In this document: positions 63,298 through 64,000 of the stretch, in pieces
Numbering within the stretch: position 1 is the stretch's first letter
Layout of the letters: the number at the start of each line of letters is the position of its first letter
Source: a virus
Lineage: Duplodnaviria; Caudoviricetes
Length of the DNA: 64,000 bases
IMG/VR virus record: IMGVR_UViG_3300006092_000356
Span: 10,513 to 74,512 of that record
Direction: 5' to 3' (one strand)
Position numbers and translations under genes: made by a program
The notes under the pieces: model-generated
What the model was told of the DNA's origin: nothing
Database searches by the model: none
Seen by the model: the letters and a program-made list of their open reading frames with translations, nothing else

Positions 63298-64000
63298 TGT
63301 CTGACATCAACATTTCCGAAGAGATTTTAGCGCGCCCAGTCGTGATTGCGCGCGGTCTCAATCGCCAGGACAAGAACTTTCAGAACGCAGAGGCCACCTT
63401 CGGTGACCTTTGCGCATACTTGTCTTTTCCCCGCATCGGAGCTAAGGACGGCGACTGCATTCTCTCGGGCAAGGTTGTCGGCGGGCAGCGTATCGCCAAC
63501 AACATGGTCGAGAACTATATCCTCATGCTCGACATTGACAACGGCATGTCTGTTGAGGACGGTATTGGTATTGTACAGGACAAGGGTTTGTGCGCGGTCA
63601 TTTGGACCACGTACTCGCATATGAAAACGACGACGACGGTGAAGCAGGCCGCGCTTCAAACGTTTCTCAACCGTAACAATCAGGTGCTCGCTTTCGATCT
63701 TCCTGACATCACAAACCAGATTTGTGATTATTTATCCTATGAAAAAGACTACTCAGGTGAGATACTAAACACTGTAGCCTTTGATAAAACCAAACAGGAG
63801 CATGCGCCCGGTGGCGTCGAATACGTTATTACGCACGCGCCTATGCCACGCTTCCGTATTCTCTTCCTCCTCGACAAGCCCTACTCTTTCAGCGTTGGGC
63901 TACAGAAGGAGCGGATCAAGGAATGGAAGGAGCGCTATAGGAATTTTTGCGGCAGCATTGAACTAATACATGACGCCTCGTGTGAGGACCCTTCCCGCCT
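63297..64000 (+). CDS. primase (AEP/PrimPol-like), truncated by window end
   Basis: hand translation open to end: MSDINISEE...MLDIDNG...WTTYSH...PRFRILF...DASCEDPSR; not in track. Confidence 0.75.
   Translation, partial: MSDINISEEILARPVVIARGLNRQDKNFQNAEATFGDLCAYLSFPRIGAKDGDCILSGKVVGGQRIANNMVENYILMLDIDNGMSVEDGIGIVQDKGLCAVIWTTYSHMKTTTTVKQAALQTFLNRNNQVLAFDLPDITNQICDYLSYEKDYSGEILNTVAFDKTKQEHAPGGVEYVITHAPMPRFRILFLLDKPYSFSVGLQKERIKEWKERYRNFCGSIELIHDASCEDPSR

Noticed and set aside
1-64000. CRISPR array or CRISPR-Cas locus (prompted by the Cas4-like gene)
   Set aside because: No repeat-spacer array seen. Solo Cas4-like exonucleases next to PolA are ordinary phage replication genes.

Overview
A 64-kb segment of a large tailed dsDNA phage genome with a siphovirus-type tail. 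The host is most likely an alphaproteobacterium, based on GTA-like tail-tip genes, a B12-dependent class II RNR and CtrA-like TTAA-N7-TTAA boxes. Layout: (i) small + strand genes (1-973), then a non-coding AT-rich/hairpin/A19 junction (1140-1561). (ii) A leftward operon (5053-1561) with two paralogous SH3-like proteins, a DRB0094-type RNA ligase and six hydrophobic micro-peptides too short for the ORF track. (iii) A rightward block (5316-39135): portal, accessory genes (MazG-like, dCMP deaminase), scaffold, major capsid, head-tail joining, tail tube, frameshifted tail chaperones, tape measure, GTA-like tail tip, intein-containing NrdJ, a DNA-ligase homologue lacking its catalytic residues, a minimal nucleotidyltransferase, ThyX and three tRNAs. 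(iv) A leftward block (57872-39132): tRNA-Lys, rIIA/rIIB, a GH114-like glycoside hydrolase, HD phosphohydrolase, SNF2 helicase, T5 A1-like phosphoesterase, family A DNA polymerase, Cas4-like exonuclease, SSB-like protein, dATP/dGTP diphosphohydrolase, a degenerate second ThyX-like protein, tRNA-Met, amidase, spanin-like gene and a displaced tail hub. (v) A rightward block (58028-end): GH73 hydrolase, tyrosine recombinase, HNH, HslV-like peptidase and the start of a primase, with a leftward holin gene inside it. No terminase, CRISPR array or rRNA was seen. Best leads: a recurring intergenic 16-bp motif GGTNNGCGGGCANGGT (7 copies, strand-polarised); two intact but apparently disarmed enzyme homologues (ligase, ThyX); the micro-membrane-peptide array; and RNA switches in front of structural genes. 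All protein calls come from motif recognition by eye, not database searches.
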